A stretch of DNA of 64,000 bases from NCBI GenBank assembly GCA_964035545.1, contig OZ037773.1, forward strand, positions 3,253,751-3,317,750. The letters are read 5' to 3'. Below the pieces are notes generated by a model, which was not told where the DNA came from, made no database searches, and was given only the letters and a program-made list of their open reading frames with translations. How positions within the stretch are numbered: the first letter of the stretch is position 1; every line of letters begins with the position of its first letter. Made by a program: the position numbers and the translations under genes. Positions 25,201-37,189 of this stretch are shown here, one piece after another. The DNA is from Bugula neritina (taxonomy: Eukaryota; Animalia; Bryozoa).

Positions 25201-26726
25201 GGTTTGCTGGAGGGAGTAACACTACCACCTCTTCATCATTAGCTCTCACAGCCATGGTCGACGGTTAGTTTGCTTGTTGATAATTCATTCGTCTGCTTAT
25301 GTGACTTGATATCTAGGTGAAGATAATTTCTAAATGTTATTGTAATATAGTGTAATAACTAATTTATAACTCTGGTAATGATATTGCAATCATCAGCTGG
25401 GTGTCATATTTTTCTCTGTTGACTTTTTATAGCAATATGTAGGTCTACTGTAATAATAATATGCAGCTGTGTTACTACCATTATAATTATGTGTAGTTCT
25501 GTAACTCTTTAATATTGCTAGGTTCTCCCACTATTGGTATATTGTAAATGGTAATTATTGCTGTTTAAATATATTAGGATATTGTGTTGTATTCCAACTG
25601 TTCTGCCATGACATAGCGTTACATACCAGTGTAAAGCAATCCTTTGCTGCACCACCTCCTTTAGTATGCAAATGGGATAGTATTATGCTGTATATTTTAT
25701 TACAAGAGTTATATTACCTTGCTTAGTACAAGAGTTGTATTACCCTGTATATTATATTACGGGAGTTATATTACCCTGTATATTGTATTGCCCTGTATAT
25801 TACAAGAGTTATACTACCCTGTGTATTATATTACCCTGTATGTTATAGTATGCAAGGGCTCATCCCAATGCAAGGACCAGTCTAATCAGGAAATCTGCTT
25901 TCCCTCCGTCTGGAGATGCGACGGTATTTATCATTGTCAAGATGGCAAAGATGAAAAGGGTTAGTATTGGGGTTACACATTGTGAGCCAATCAGCTCTAA
26001 GATAACTGTTGTAGCCAATCCGTGCTCAGCTTACTGTGTAGTCAAGTATTTCTCATACAAAGATATAACCAATGAAATTGGTGCTTACTCAATCAGCCAA
26101 TCAGCTACTTGTACCGGGTTTACTCTTCAAGTGTTTTGTTTATGACTAACTCTTACGGAAATGTGAGTTTTTACTAAAGAAATTTGACGTCGGAAACACC
26201 AAAACACATTCAGTAATGTTTTTGGTTGCCAAAGTTGTGTGTTCACTAGAAATACAGAAACATGGCATCAGCCTTATAAAGAAGTGTGCTTAGTCATTCA
26301 GGGTGCGCCAGTCTTATAAGCATCCGATTTTGCAGAAATTTCTAAATGTAGAAAAGTGCACAAAGTTTAAATTATCACTAATTTCATAAAAATGGAGGCA
26401 GTTTCCAAAAATAGATGTATTTTTATAGAACCAACAGACTCTACATTGATTTTATATTAGTAGTGCTTGTATCAGTAGCCTTGGCTCCAACTGGACACAT
26501 ATAGCAGCCCTTTTATCTTACAGGTTGCGACGCTACCAAACCTCCCCCAACCAAGGAGCCAGATACTGGCAAGGAAGGCGCTCCGGCGTGGGTAGTGGTT
26601 GTCAGCATACTGGGTGGTATCGTTATTGGTGTCATCCTAACTGCCATCATCATCACGGTGGTTATGCGAAGGAGGGGCAGAGGCTATGACAGACTCAATG
26701 AGCTCATGACTCCTGTGCCCACATAG
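13279..26726 (+). CDS. Type-I membrane protein, about 952 aa: signal peptide, about 7 divergent CUB-like domains, one LDL-receptor class A module, TM helix, short tail with GYDRL
   Basis: 21 phase-consistent GT-AG exons: 13279-13366, 13465-13555, 14327-14469, 14892-15047, 15735-15932, 16418-16540, 17831-17948, 18823-18959, 19418-19516, 20047-20153, 20394-20491, 20899-21008, 21219-21347, 21597-21750, 22011-22171, 23145-23297, 23793-23924, 24793-24964, 25088-25263, 25849-25959, 26524-26726. Signal MAPTSTNAVLTVLTLTSILSSTVLA; CUB motifs VTSPSYPSAYDNNLFC, VEVVDG, SSGPVVMVRFTTDD...GF; LDLa [52 protein letters not shown] followed by RRR; AATAAA near 27035. Confidence 0.88.
13691..13872. repeat. 21-bp intronic minisatellite (tacaggtgcttgtctagctgg) x about 9
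   Basis: Direct tandem copies; explains ORFs 13634, 13677 and 13763. Confidence 0.95.
14076..14292 (+). mobile_element. SINE family B, full length (about 215 bp) with 10-bp TSD
   Basis: tRNA-like head, shared body, tail ataaacttgcgtgagtga; TSD tttattcaag at 14066-14075 and 14293-14302. Confidence 0.9.
15166..15302. repeat. About 21/42-bp intronic minisatellite (tagcaacctgcactgtttcca / tagcaacacatatactgacta)
   Basis: Alternating tandem units. Confidence 0.85.
15933..16382. repeat. 21-bp minisatellite (gtatataatatattacactct) x about 21, filling an intron from its donor GT
   Basis: First unit starts at the splice donor at 15933; explains ORFs 15650, 15880 and 16176. Confidence 0.95.
17612..17769. 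mobile_element. MITE family C (about 158 bp, about 25-bp TIRs, flanking TA)
   Basis: TA|agtgcagtagtggagaaattgggaaa ... tatctcaatttctccaatgctgctcc|TA. Confidence 0.8.
18119..18263. mobile_element. MITE family D (TIR ggatt..tctataagcagctc)
   Basis: Imperfect terminal inverted repeats; related copies at 18684-18785 and 22898-23050. Confidence 0.65.
18684..18785. mobile_element. MITE family D, partial
   Basis: ggattattctataagcagccctgagttaggggtggctgagtgcaatagtt matches the 22898 copy. Confidence 0.65.
21362..21580. repeat. Two abutting about 20-bp minisatellites filling a short intron
   Basis: tatacttaccttaatattac units next to the donor; atatctgtagcaacacat units next to the acceptor. Confidence 0.75.
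22898..23050. mobile_element. MITE family D, complete
   Basis: gaatcattctataagcagctc ... gagctgcttttagaatggttc inverted termini. Confidence 0.75.
23382..23593 (+). mobile_element. SINE family B, full length, inserted in a (GT)n tract
   Basis: Matches family B over the whole length; flanked on both sides by tatgtgtgtg. Confidence 0.88.
24325..24481. mobile_element. MITE family C, complete
   Basis: TA|ggtacagtaatagaaacattgagaaaagcct ... agactatctcaatttttcactactgcacc|TA. Confidence 0.8.
24522..24743 (+). mobile_element. SINE family B, full length with 19-bp TSD
   Basis: TSD tttgtg(t/c)gcggctataact at 24503-24521 and 24744-24762. Confidence 0.92.
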
Positions 26727-27698
26727 AAGCACCTGCTAGCATGTGACATCCTTGACAGCTTTTAGTAACTAAGGTTACTTGGAAACTTCAAATATCCACA
26801 AAATTAATGTTACTTTTTGTGTTAAGATTTGAGTGAAAGTAACTGCTACTTCTCAAGTTGTCAATTCCAAACATTTTTTGTTGTTCTATATTTCCTTTAC
26901 TAATCTCACCATTTGTTTTCTATGACAGGGTGTTTTAACAGAATTATTTTATTGCTTTCAATAGTTTTGACTCACTTTTGTACTAGTATTCTGTTTTTCA
27001 CTCGTTCTTTATTTCAATAGATATTGCCGTTTATAATAAATTGCCACAGCACAAACTGATGACATATTAACCCCCCCCCCTCATTCGTCACAAATTCTGG
27101 TGCCACAGATGGTGCAGGTGTCACAAACACATGTGTCACAGTTACGCATGTTGCAATACAAGTATGTGTTTCACAACTGGCTGGCGAATAGTCATTGTTT
27201 ATTCGGCCATTTTTAGCAGTTTCATATTAGTTGTGAACATATCAGAGTATCAATTTTCAGCTATATAGTATAAAGATAGTTGTATGAACAAGAGAAAAGA
27301 TATTTTCTGTTGACCAGTGGCAACAAGTTGCGAAACCATTTACACAGTTCATATCCTGACCTATGCCCTGCTAATTGTGTCGGTAAAACTGTAAACTAAG
27401 GTAGTTGTCTGCTCAATCTTCATTTTGCATAATCCATGACAGATCCAAATTTTAGTAGAACAGCATTATTTTAATTGAAGAAAAAATTCAAAAATTGTAT
27501 GAAGAAAATACTTTGAATAATTGAGAATTTTAGTGGGTTTAATAATTGTCGAATCACTAGTTATAGTTTTATGCTCGCTTGGAAAGAAAATGTATCAAAT
27601 CAGACAATTTGAGTGTATGTTATAAAATATATTATAAACTACAATACATCTAGAGCGATCTGCTATTCACACCAAGGTCTACATGCAAACCCTTTGCA

Positions 27699-27955
27699 AT
27701 GTATGTAACTAGCATGCAGTTCTGTGTAGGCTACTATAGAAAGAAGTTACCCATCACACTGAGTCTAAGAAGGGACGAGTACGGTGACCCCCTCACATTC
27801 AAACATTTGTCTACAGAAATGGCGAGGCTGACTGGCGTTCCTGCAGCAAATCAAACTTTTGTAGTTGATGGTACTTTTCCAAAAATCAGTATTTAATGTG
27901 TTGTGATTATTGTTTTTTTATATATGTGTGCGTGTGTGTGTGTATGTTGTATTAT

Positions 27956-28033
<78 letters not shown>

Positions 28034-30449
28034 ATATATCTATATATATATATATCTATATATCTATATATATATATATATATATATACTAATCTAGATG
28101 TATATACTCGTATATATACACCAGTATTTTATGTATTATGTTGTTATGTATATATGATGTATAGTATGTTATGCCGCATGTGTCACCGGCTACCTAGTAG
28201 TGTGTACCGCATGAAATAATAAAGAATTAATAATCATATTGAAAATATTGCCAAAGCAATACATATTTCCTTTATGAAACCATTAGCCATCAATTGAATT
28301 TGATAATATATAATATAATAATTAAACAGGTTTAAAATAATTGAGTCTTTATCATCAAGATAAAACAGAAATGAGCCGGTTTTGCATTTCTTACACCTAG
28401 CTCTACATTCAAAGGCAAAAATATATATTTATTTACATGTTGTATGTAGTACACCCCATATTAAGGTAATATATTCTATAGTAGCGAATACTTTATTTTT
28501 GACATCCAAACACAAATGCCTTGCCATTGTGTTCAAACAGTAAAACGTTGTGTATACATTTGCTTCAAAGGCATTTGTAATATCTGATGAATTTATAAGC
28601 AAAGCTGATACTCAAGTTTGAATAAATTAACAGTAGTTGCTTGTTTTTATTAGCAAATGCTGTGAATGTGTTTACTTGCAGCAAACTGGTCCAGTGATTT
28701 CAAGTAAAAGAACCTTTGTTTGCTAATTTACCTTGTTATATAAACTCATGTGCCTACTTTTATATGTAAGGTTATATATTGTACTTGAAATCATCAACAC
28801 CACACATTGTGTTGAATGTATCATATGTGTGCGCAGGTAAGATCTTTAAAAAGTTATATATCGGTAAACTGTTGCGCAGGTAAAGTAACTGGGTGGGTTT
28901 CTCATTTATTTTGGGTAACAAGGCTGATCAGTATAGCCAACTCAAACAACGATTTTCATTTAATTCGACTACTTGTGTTTTTGCTATCCAACCTGATCCA
29001 AACTGTCATACCCAGTTTCTTAGTATTCATCCACCTTCATGTTTAGCTGATTATATATAGAGAAATATGTTAATAAGTATGCAAGTCTATCTAACTACTT
29101 AATAGTTTTATGGTATTATTACAGCTGGCTGAATTATTATAGAAGCAATATCTATATGTTATTAAGCACAGATAATAGAAAACTCAATAGATATAATTGA
29201 TCTTTTCCAGGTAAATCCAAACACGAGATGGTAAAGGCAGGTAAGTTGGACACACCGCTTACACTCGTTGGCATCACAAACAATGTCAAGGTCAACATGT
29301 ACGGAGATACTCCAGGGTTCTGGAACGACAAAGAATTCAGCAGACTTGAAACCTTACAGCAAAACTACGAAGAGGTATATCACAGCATTGAGCCTGCACA
29401 TAATGATATAGCTACATGTAAATATTTTTATTTACCGCAATAAGTGCACTGAAAATAACTTAGCATATGCTAGAGAGAAATGTTAGTGTGCATGAACACA
29501 TCCTGCACATGGATTAGTGAGTATATAATATATTACAATGAGGTAAATTAGCAAACATTTCACAAATATCATGTTTATATATATGATATATAGTATCAAA
29601 ACCTATAGGCATTTTGATAATATATAACTGTTCGACATCATTTCACCAGACTCTCTTTATGTTTAGAGATGTTGTAATACTAAAATCAAGATACATAAGT
29701 TCATGATAATTTGCTTTTTTCTTTTTTCATTTGGCGTATGTATACAAGTATATTTATACTATATTATACTATGCACGCACGCAAGCACGCACGCAAGCAC
29801 ACACACATATATATACTTGTATGTATGTATAATACTGTAGCTAATAGTTTTATGCTGCAACTAATGTATGCTACATAAAAAAGTTGTTTGCATTTTCAAA
29901 GCTGAAGAAAAGAATGGACTCGACAATGCATAAAATAAACACAGTAAGAAACAACAAGAATTCAAAATCTGCCAAAGACTGCCACTACGCTGATCTAGGG
30001 GAAGCCCTGATTGAACATGAAAGAGCAATTCAAAAATTATCAGCAGAGATTTCTACAGTAAGTACCCATAGTTAACTCATGCGAACTGACTTGATTATTA
30101 AAGTATTTAAGTCTTATTCCTACTATAGCATTGCTGGTATGTAATAATTTGGAGTTAGGACCTCCATTACCGATATTTTTTTGCTCATTGAATAAGGATA
30201 ATACTAGTGGAGGTGAACCACAAGATGCCAAAGTATGTATTAACAGCCTAATGAGATTCACCATAACATGCCATAATTATATAGTCTCATACCATGGTTT
30301 CGGATGACTTGCAGGTAAAAGTGATGGCAGATAACAAACAATGTGCCGCAACTATTGTCCAGAAGATGACCAGAAACATGGCAGCACGACGTGAAGAAAT
30401 AAACACGATATTAGATGCCATCAGACAGCATGCAGCTCACAGAGTCTGA
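27699..30449 (+). CDS. Divergent BAG1-like protein (ubiquitin-like domain plus three-helix BAG-like domain), about 208 aa
   Basis: Exons 27699-27870, 29211-29374, 29902-30057, 30315-30449 (start codon uncertain). Ubl: [29 protein letters not shown]...[20 protein letters not shown], then helical C-terminus ending [18 protein letters not shown]; AATAAA near 30501. Confidence 0.7.
27960..28088. repeat. (TA)n microsatellite
   Basis: Long TA run with TC interruptions. Confidence 0.97.
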
Positions 30450-31636
30450 GACGAGTTGATTTGTCGGCCATCTTTGCTCATTTTGTATTTGTATACCAAT
30501 AATAAAACACAACATATTTTATATACATAATATCCGCTGTAATTATACTGGGTGACAAATTAATAAACGTATTATTATTTATCAGTTACGAAGTATTGAT
30601 TTGTTGCAGTATCGGCTTTGCTGTTTGTGTATGTGGAGACAGTGGAGTGTCTGTGTGCAGTGTGCAGCCTAATATGAAACAAGCTTATCATCTGGTATAA
30701 TATAATTTATTATGTACAGCTAGGAATGCTTCTACAGCATGTAGAGTAGCTCTACACAGAACTAAGGGGTTAGGGCTTTGATATACAGGATAATAAACAC
30801 AGTGATCTGAGTAAATGTAAACATGAACCATATGAAGGCGAATTCAAAATGTGTCATGAATGCAACAATGTTGATGCTAGTATTATTTATTGAGTAACAA
30901 TAACACTACTGACAATTCATATTGAAAAATTAATAAATAAGCAATAAATATATTCAGTAGACAAAAAGACAGAGCTGGTTAAGCCCGAAAAAAACATTTC
31001 CCACACAAAGTTACCACAGATTAATGATTATCAAGATAAATTTTACAAACTAGCATTAATAGCATGCAGTTGACTATAGCAATAATCCTCAGTGAGATTA
31101 CCTATCTGTATTGAAGTATTTTAGGATTTTTAAAAAAAAACTTGCAAAACTACACAATACCAAATATGCTTGTTATACAAAACTCCATCCATAGATTAAA
31201 TACTGGAGAAATGGCTAGCAGTAACAAGCATTGAAGAGTTAGAACTTATACACAGTGAACCAAAATACTAGTAGAAAATACGAAAAGGTGAGATATAAAT
31301 TATATAGTAGCCACAAAGATCAAGATGCATGTCCCAAGTGCGCTATATCAATGTATCAAGTGCATTTCGAGTGTTGACACAATATCCAGGATAGAATGTG
31401 CTCTCAAGACTACTTTAATTATTATGGAGCACACAAGCTTTTAGTACAGAAGAACCTAGGCTATTGTGAGCATAAAACATAGCAATAATATAATAGCAGG
31501 TGGTCATTACATATGAACTGCATGAGGGGGGGGGGTTACTTCTTCTATGTCACTCAAATATTGAATATATATAATTTTTTGAGACTCATGAAAAGTGAAA
31601 CTGCATGTACATACAATACTATTACACATAATTACA

Positions 31637-34600
31637 TCATGACTTGTTTTGTAGTTTGTAGAAAACATACTCGAGTTGATTAGAGAAATATCTATACTGA
31701 ACTCGGGACCAATGGCAAGTCCAAGATGTCGGCGTGAGTTTACAGTACACAATGCTGAAAAGGAATGCTGCTGCAATGCCGGAGAATATTAGAACTGTCC
31801 ACAGGAAAGCAGTATAGCAGCACGACCTCTCAACTGCCTCATCTATGAATCAGAATGCATGGTATGCTAGAGTTTGTTTTGTTTAGAATAAAATGCCAAC
31901 TTTTGCTATAAGGCACATTAACATCTATTCAGGAGTAGACAACTTGTCATTCAGCAGTTGCTTAAAAATGAACAGTTTAGAGTTAATTCAAAACTATTCT
32001 AGCACAATCTTCATGTAATGGTTTTAAACGAATGCCAAGCAGATGGTAAAGGGATTCTTATTATGTCATTATGAACATTTATTCTATAAATTGAGAATAC
32101 ATATTTCTTACTGCACAAGTCTTCAAAATATTGGAATTAAACTTATGTAAGACTGCAAAGCACAAACTTATATAGTCCTAGTTTCCGTGATATTTTGAAA
32201 ATTAATGCTTTCAAGTAAGGGGCATTGGATACTTTGCCCTAAGTGATTCTTTAAACTTAGCTGTAGGCTACTAAATATATAGCGCAGAAGTCATTATGAT
32301 TAGCCAGCTAAGCTGGGCGGATCTTCATCCTACCACCACCTGATGAGTCATGTTTCACCAGTCACTTACAGCTACAGTTTAACTGCTTCTTACAAAACAG
32401 AAATCTTAGCTACTACACAATTTGCTCAACAACAATGAAGTCCAATACACCAACCTTCAACAAAAGAGGAAGGGGAAGACTGAGTGGCTGTATGAGTTAC
32501 TTCCCCTTTCTTAAAACTCACTCTCCTATTTCTCAACTCGCTCTTAGGTTCTGAAACAGGTAAATTTACAATATTTCAAAAAAGTGACCCACAAATCACA
32601 GCTACCTTAATAACATAACCCCATACATAGCATTCATAAAAACTTGTTTGAGCTCTTAAATCTTCTGTGCACAAATTCTAAATCACATTATGCTCATATT
32701 TTACCTGAAGTCGGGACGTCTTCTGACTCGGTAGACCCCACCCTGTATTCTGAGAGCTTAGAAGTGTATTCCTCTCGACCAACTTCAGCATAGACTGAGG
32801 TAAACAGGTCTAGACATCTCTGTGTAGCCTCGTGATCATCGCCATAGTGATGCTGATACAGTTTAGTAGCTTTTCCACTGAACTCTAAGGCTAACTGAGT
32901 CCTACAATTATTCACAACAACTTTTTAAGTAAAATGTGATTTATTTATTCTGAAAATCACTCACTGCTTAAGTTATTAATTATAGCTAAAGATCACCAAA
33001 TGCTATTAAAAATTTTACTAAATACAATTAGGAATTTAGGTTTTTTAACTTTTATTAAACATTGTATAATTTTAGATTGACAGTTAAATTGTGAAAGCAG
33101 TAGTTAGAAAACTATATCAGTTAATACATACTGATGTTTCTCCAAACATAACTTTGCCAAGTTTTCATATTCTACAGCTCGCAAGATCTCGGATTCTAAT
33201 TCTTCTGACACTTTCTCTTCATCACTTCCAACTATCTCCTCTACAGAGACCAGCATATTGAACATAGTAATGTAAACTGTGCATTCGTGCAATATTTTAT
33301 TGTATAATGTTATATAATAGTACAGAATGTAATTTAGTAGATAATATGTTAATATAATAGAATGTAATATAATATCCATAATGCAATACAGTGTGTAGTG
33401 TAATAAGATAAATAATAATACAATATAGTATAACACACCTCAACATGATATAATGTAATATAGTTCAGTACAGTATAATACAACTTCATAAACATAATGT
33501 AACTTGTAGGATAGTATATTATGCATTGTAACGTAGTATAATGTAGATTTTAAATCACGTATCATAATTTAATAAAAAAGTTGGTTATATTGTGAATTCC
33601 AACAACATGAGCTGTGTTTGTTGCTGAATTTGAAGAATAACTGAAAAGTTACCAATTTTTTCTTGCATTTTCTGAGTGTCAATCAAAGCTGTCTCATAGT
33701 AAATCTTTTCAGCTTTCAGAAACTGTATTGCTTTCTCATCTTCATCCTTGAGGTGGTAACATTCGGCTATCTGGTGCAGACATTGCGGTAAATAGAGAAA
33801 CCCTGAACCTGCAGTATAAATGTTGTAGCTACGTGCCGACATGTTATCAATCTCATCAACTCCAGCTCACACAAGTTTATATAGTTACCATCTTTGTATG
33901 AAAACCCCTGATGGAAGAGTCTTTTGTTAAATCGGGCTAAAGAATTAAGGCCTGGCCTCACACTCACAGAAATCACACGAAACGCGTGTGACGATTTTCG
34001 TGAGTTATCCTCTCGTTATGACCAGCCACACACTCGTCATAAACACATAATAAATAGTCGGTGAATGAGTCTTGCATGAGATACAACCAGCAGAAAATTG
34101 CCAAACAGAGAAAGGTGGTAGAAATAAAATAATTACTGTTGCTAAAATTCTATTGACCAATCAAATGGTGTTAATCGTTACTTGCGATTTTTCGTCCATC
34201 GCCTTTGTTGGGTGCACCCAACGAAGACAATTTTGTTTGAATTCCCTCATATTTGTTCGTACATTTGTGTTTCCGTGTCAAATAGACGATTTTGTGTGAT
34301 TCTCACAAGCGTGAGGCCAGGCCTTTATTCAGACAAGACACAGGAGCAATTTTGACTGGATGCTCTTCCTCACATCAACAATGGCCTTTGTCGAGGCTGG
34401 AACCCATGACTTTGTGTTTACTAGGCAAATGTTCTAACCCCTAGACCACAGCTGCTCCTTTATCAATCTCATCAACATGTGTTTAACATTTATAGCTGAT
34501 TGAGTATGTGATTGTAAGAACGAGAATGACTGACTATGTTAATATAATTTTCAACAGCATTATGCATAATGTTACTTCTTTATACGCTCTAAATAAATAC

Positions 34601-35300
34601 AAATTGAAACAAATTAACTAATTTGTGAAATATAAAACTAAAAGTAGACCAATCATATTAAATCATATAATTCTGTAAGTATATTATTACTCTTCAATAC
34701 ACTAACCTCTTTCTATTCCCTTGACGCATTGCAAATAATACTGCAACGCTAAGTCAAGTTTACTTTTACCAAAATATGATTCAGCTTTTTGAAAAGTTTC
34801 ATTTCGATCTTTTCCTGTCATTTCTGAAACATCAATTTCAGTAGATTTAATACAACTGAAGTTCTACAACTTATATGCGAGTTTATCAACATTTCTTAAA
34901 AAATAAATACATTTCTTTAGAGGGAGTTCTATAAGTAGCACAAAACAAACATGTTATCTATAGCTTATATCCAATATCACAGCCTATTACATACTATATA
35001 TTGACTAATATGTCTGATCCAATTTAAATTAATGCCAAATTCATCCAATCACTTACCTTCTGGAATTTGAGTTTCATCAATTTCCTTTTCTATTTCCAAG
35101 TCACCATCAACATTCTCTATAACTTTATCAGAGAGTTCACTAGGCTCTGATTGTTGAACTGCTGGAGTCATGTCTCCACACTCTTCACTATTTTTCTTTG
35201 TGTCACGTTTTTCTGCTATGGCAGAGTCAATAGAATCATCTTTTAGTTCAGAAACAGCCTGACTTTCTGCTGAATTAGTAGATTCATCAAAAGGCTCCAT
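31637..35300 (-). CDS. CNST: Consortin-like protein, about 374 aa
   Basis: Exons 35300-35057, 34823-34707, 33808-33653, 33240-33132, 32901-32705, 32550-32455, 31842-31637, all phase-consistent. Hallmark LPQCLHQIAECYHLKDEDEKAIQFLKAEKIYYE, RRVSF (PP1 RVxF) motif, C-terminal TM AFLWTVLIFSGIAAAFLFSIVYC followed by a second Cys and a short tail. Confidence 0.88.
33861..34459 (-). mobile_element. SINE family B with 17-bp TSD, split by a MITE
   Basis: TSD ttatcaatctcatcaac at 33844-33860 and 34460-34476; SINE tail 33861-33947, head and body 34325-34459. Confidence 0.9.
33948..34324. mobile_element. PIF/Harbinger-type MITE (377 bp) nested in the SINE
   Basis: 14-bp perfect TIR aggcctggcctcac / gtgaggccaggcct, extending imperfectly; TTA duplicated at 33945-33947 and 34325-34327. 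Confidence 0.88.
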
Positions 35301-35777
35301 TTATTCGTTGCGGAAATCAGATAATAAACTGAAATAGCAATAATTTATTTAATCAAAACAGGCAGATAGAAAAGGGTACCTGCTTTTAACCAACACAGTA
35401 AAACATGGCAGAAATGTCACATGTCACTCATGAATGGCAAGCTACCAAAAATGTCATATCTATATTGCTTGCAACTGAAACAGAACTGAGCAAATATGCA
35501 GACAAATGATTTACAAAAGTAACATCTACAAAATGTGTTTTATGACGTAATGCTTATATTATTTACTGTGACTATGTAGAAGAACTTTTTAGTTTTTAAT
35601 AAGCATTTTGTAATTTAAATCAAACTTGTTAATTTATTGTCATAGAATTGAGTTTTTGGATTATATTGGTTGCCATAAACAGGGCTTGATTTGTGCTCTA
35701 AAATATATGCTGAACTATGTCTTGGAAATTAAAAAGATTTTAGGCTAGGGTTCATAATGCTTTTCCAACGTTTCTAG

Positions 35778-36138
35778 TGTTGAATGAGTGTTCATGATTG
35801 GTACAATAGAGAAGTGTGAATACAGAGAAATAAATCAGTGTGTTCATTTTGGAAGATGGAAGATGCTGTGCACAAAGATTGAGTGTAGCGAGTGTATGCA
35901 CTGGAAGAGAGGTTGTGAACAAATGAACAAATTTAGAGTGTGTTAGAGTGTGCTAGTGAGCTCGCTAACTCACAGCTCCAGACACTGCAAGCGAATACCC
36001 TAACCAGGAGGTCTAAGTCCTGCAGCTTAAGACAGGAGCTGGAGTAAATACATTTAATACACCAACCAATAAGCCAAAGGCTATGATAGACTATTACTTG
36101 GCGGGTTTATAGATAAATAAATAATTCTGACGCCAACA
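35778..36138 (+). mobile_element. Possible solo LTR (TGTTG...CAACA)
   Basis: 361 bp bounded by TGTTG/CAACA with AATAAA about 20 nt from the end; no target-site duplication found. Confidence 0.3.
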
Positions 36139-36499
36139 TAACAAGAGTCGGCTGCTACGTGTGTGTTACCATGCTCACAGTTATCATGATCCTTTTGATC
36201 ATTGACACCACTGCCATTATTTTAATATTTTAATAGCTACATTCATGCTTAATTATCATTTCAATGATTAGTGTCATTGTGATCACTATGACTATGATGA
36301 TAATGTTTCAGGCATCGTCATAAAAATGTATCATCATAATTTTCAATTGTCATTCATGTTTATGTTATTATCATAATTATGGTTTTAGTTCTAATTATAT
36401 TTATTATAATTTAATGATAATGATATTATTAATAATAATATTAATAATATTAATATTATTTAGAACTGCTAACCACTACTTCTACTAGAAAACTTAATT

Positions 36500-37170
36500 A
36501 CTTACCATTTAATTTTATTCTAATCTGAGATTTGGCAGTATGACAGAGTACAGATTATTGCAAACAGCAAAACAGTACACATTAACTAAGAAGAAACTAA
36601 TTCAATTCTAAATATGTTCAAAATATTTTACAAAACATGCAACTTTCACACTGTGTTTTACTGTTTACAAATTTCCAAGCCAACTGTAAAGTTGGGGGGC
36701 TTGTTAAAAATGTCACGAACGAACTCATGAGCCAATCAGCGGAGAATACGAATCAAAACGGATGCAAACCAGGGCGAACGTTAACCCTTTATGCGAACCA
36801 CCAATAGGGTGCAAAGTTCAATATTAGTAGGACGTTGCGCTTTCCAAGAATAGGAAATATTATATCTTTTAATGGTTTCGGTAGACGACAGCTCGTAACT
36901 AGAATAGAACATTCAAGAAAAATTTCGCAAACTTTTGGAAAATCCCAAGCCTGTGGTCCAAAACGACTTTCTTTTTATAATTATATATTTCCATCAAACT
37001 GAATAAAAATGAAAGAAATATACACGCGCACTGGCTATAGAATTCCCTAAATTTTGCATTGTCAGCTTGCGTGTGATTGCATCAGTCATTCGCAATAAAA
37101 CCCTCCGTATCGTAAATTGATTATCACATCACGTTTATAAAAACATTGTATCGCAATCTGAATTTACCAT
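36500..37170. promoter_or_regulatory. Bidirectional CpG-rich promoter between consortin (-) and the bZIP gene (+)
   Basis: CpG enrichment, CCAAT boxes (agccaatcag near 36730, accaatag near 36800), Inr-like TCAGTC near 37082, minus-strand donor (cttacc near 36501). Confidence 0.6.
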
Positions 37171-37189
37171 TAGCTTGCTAAGTCAAACT

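Noticed and set aside
26280-26360. Fragment resembling a pogo/Tigger-type MITE interior (gggtgcgcc...ttataag)
   Set aside because: No termini or TSD identifiable.
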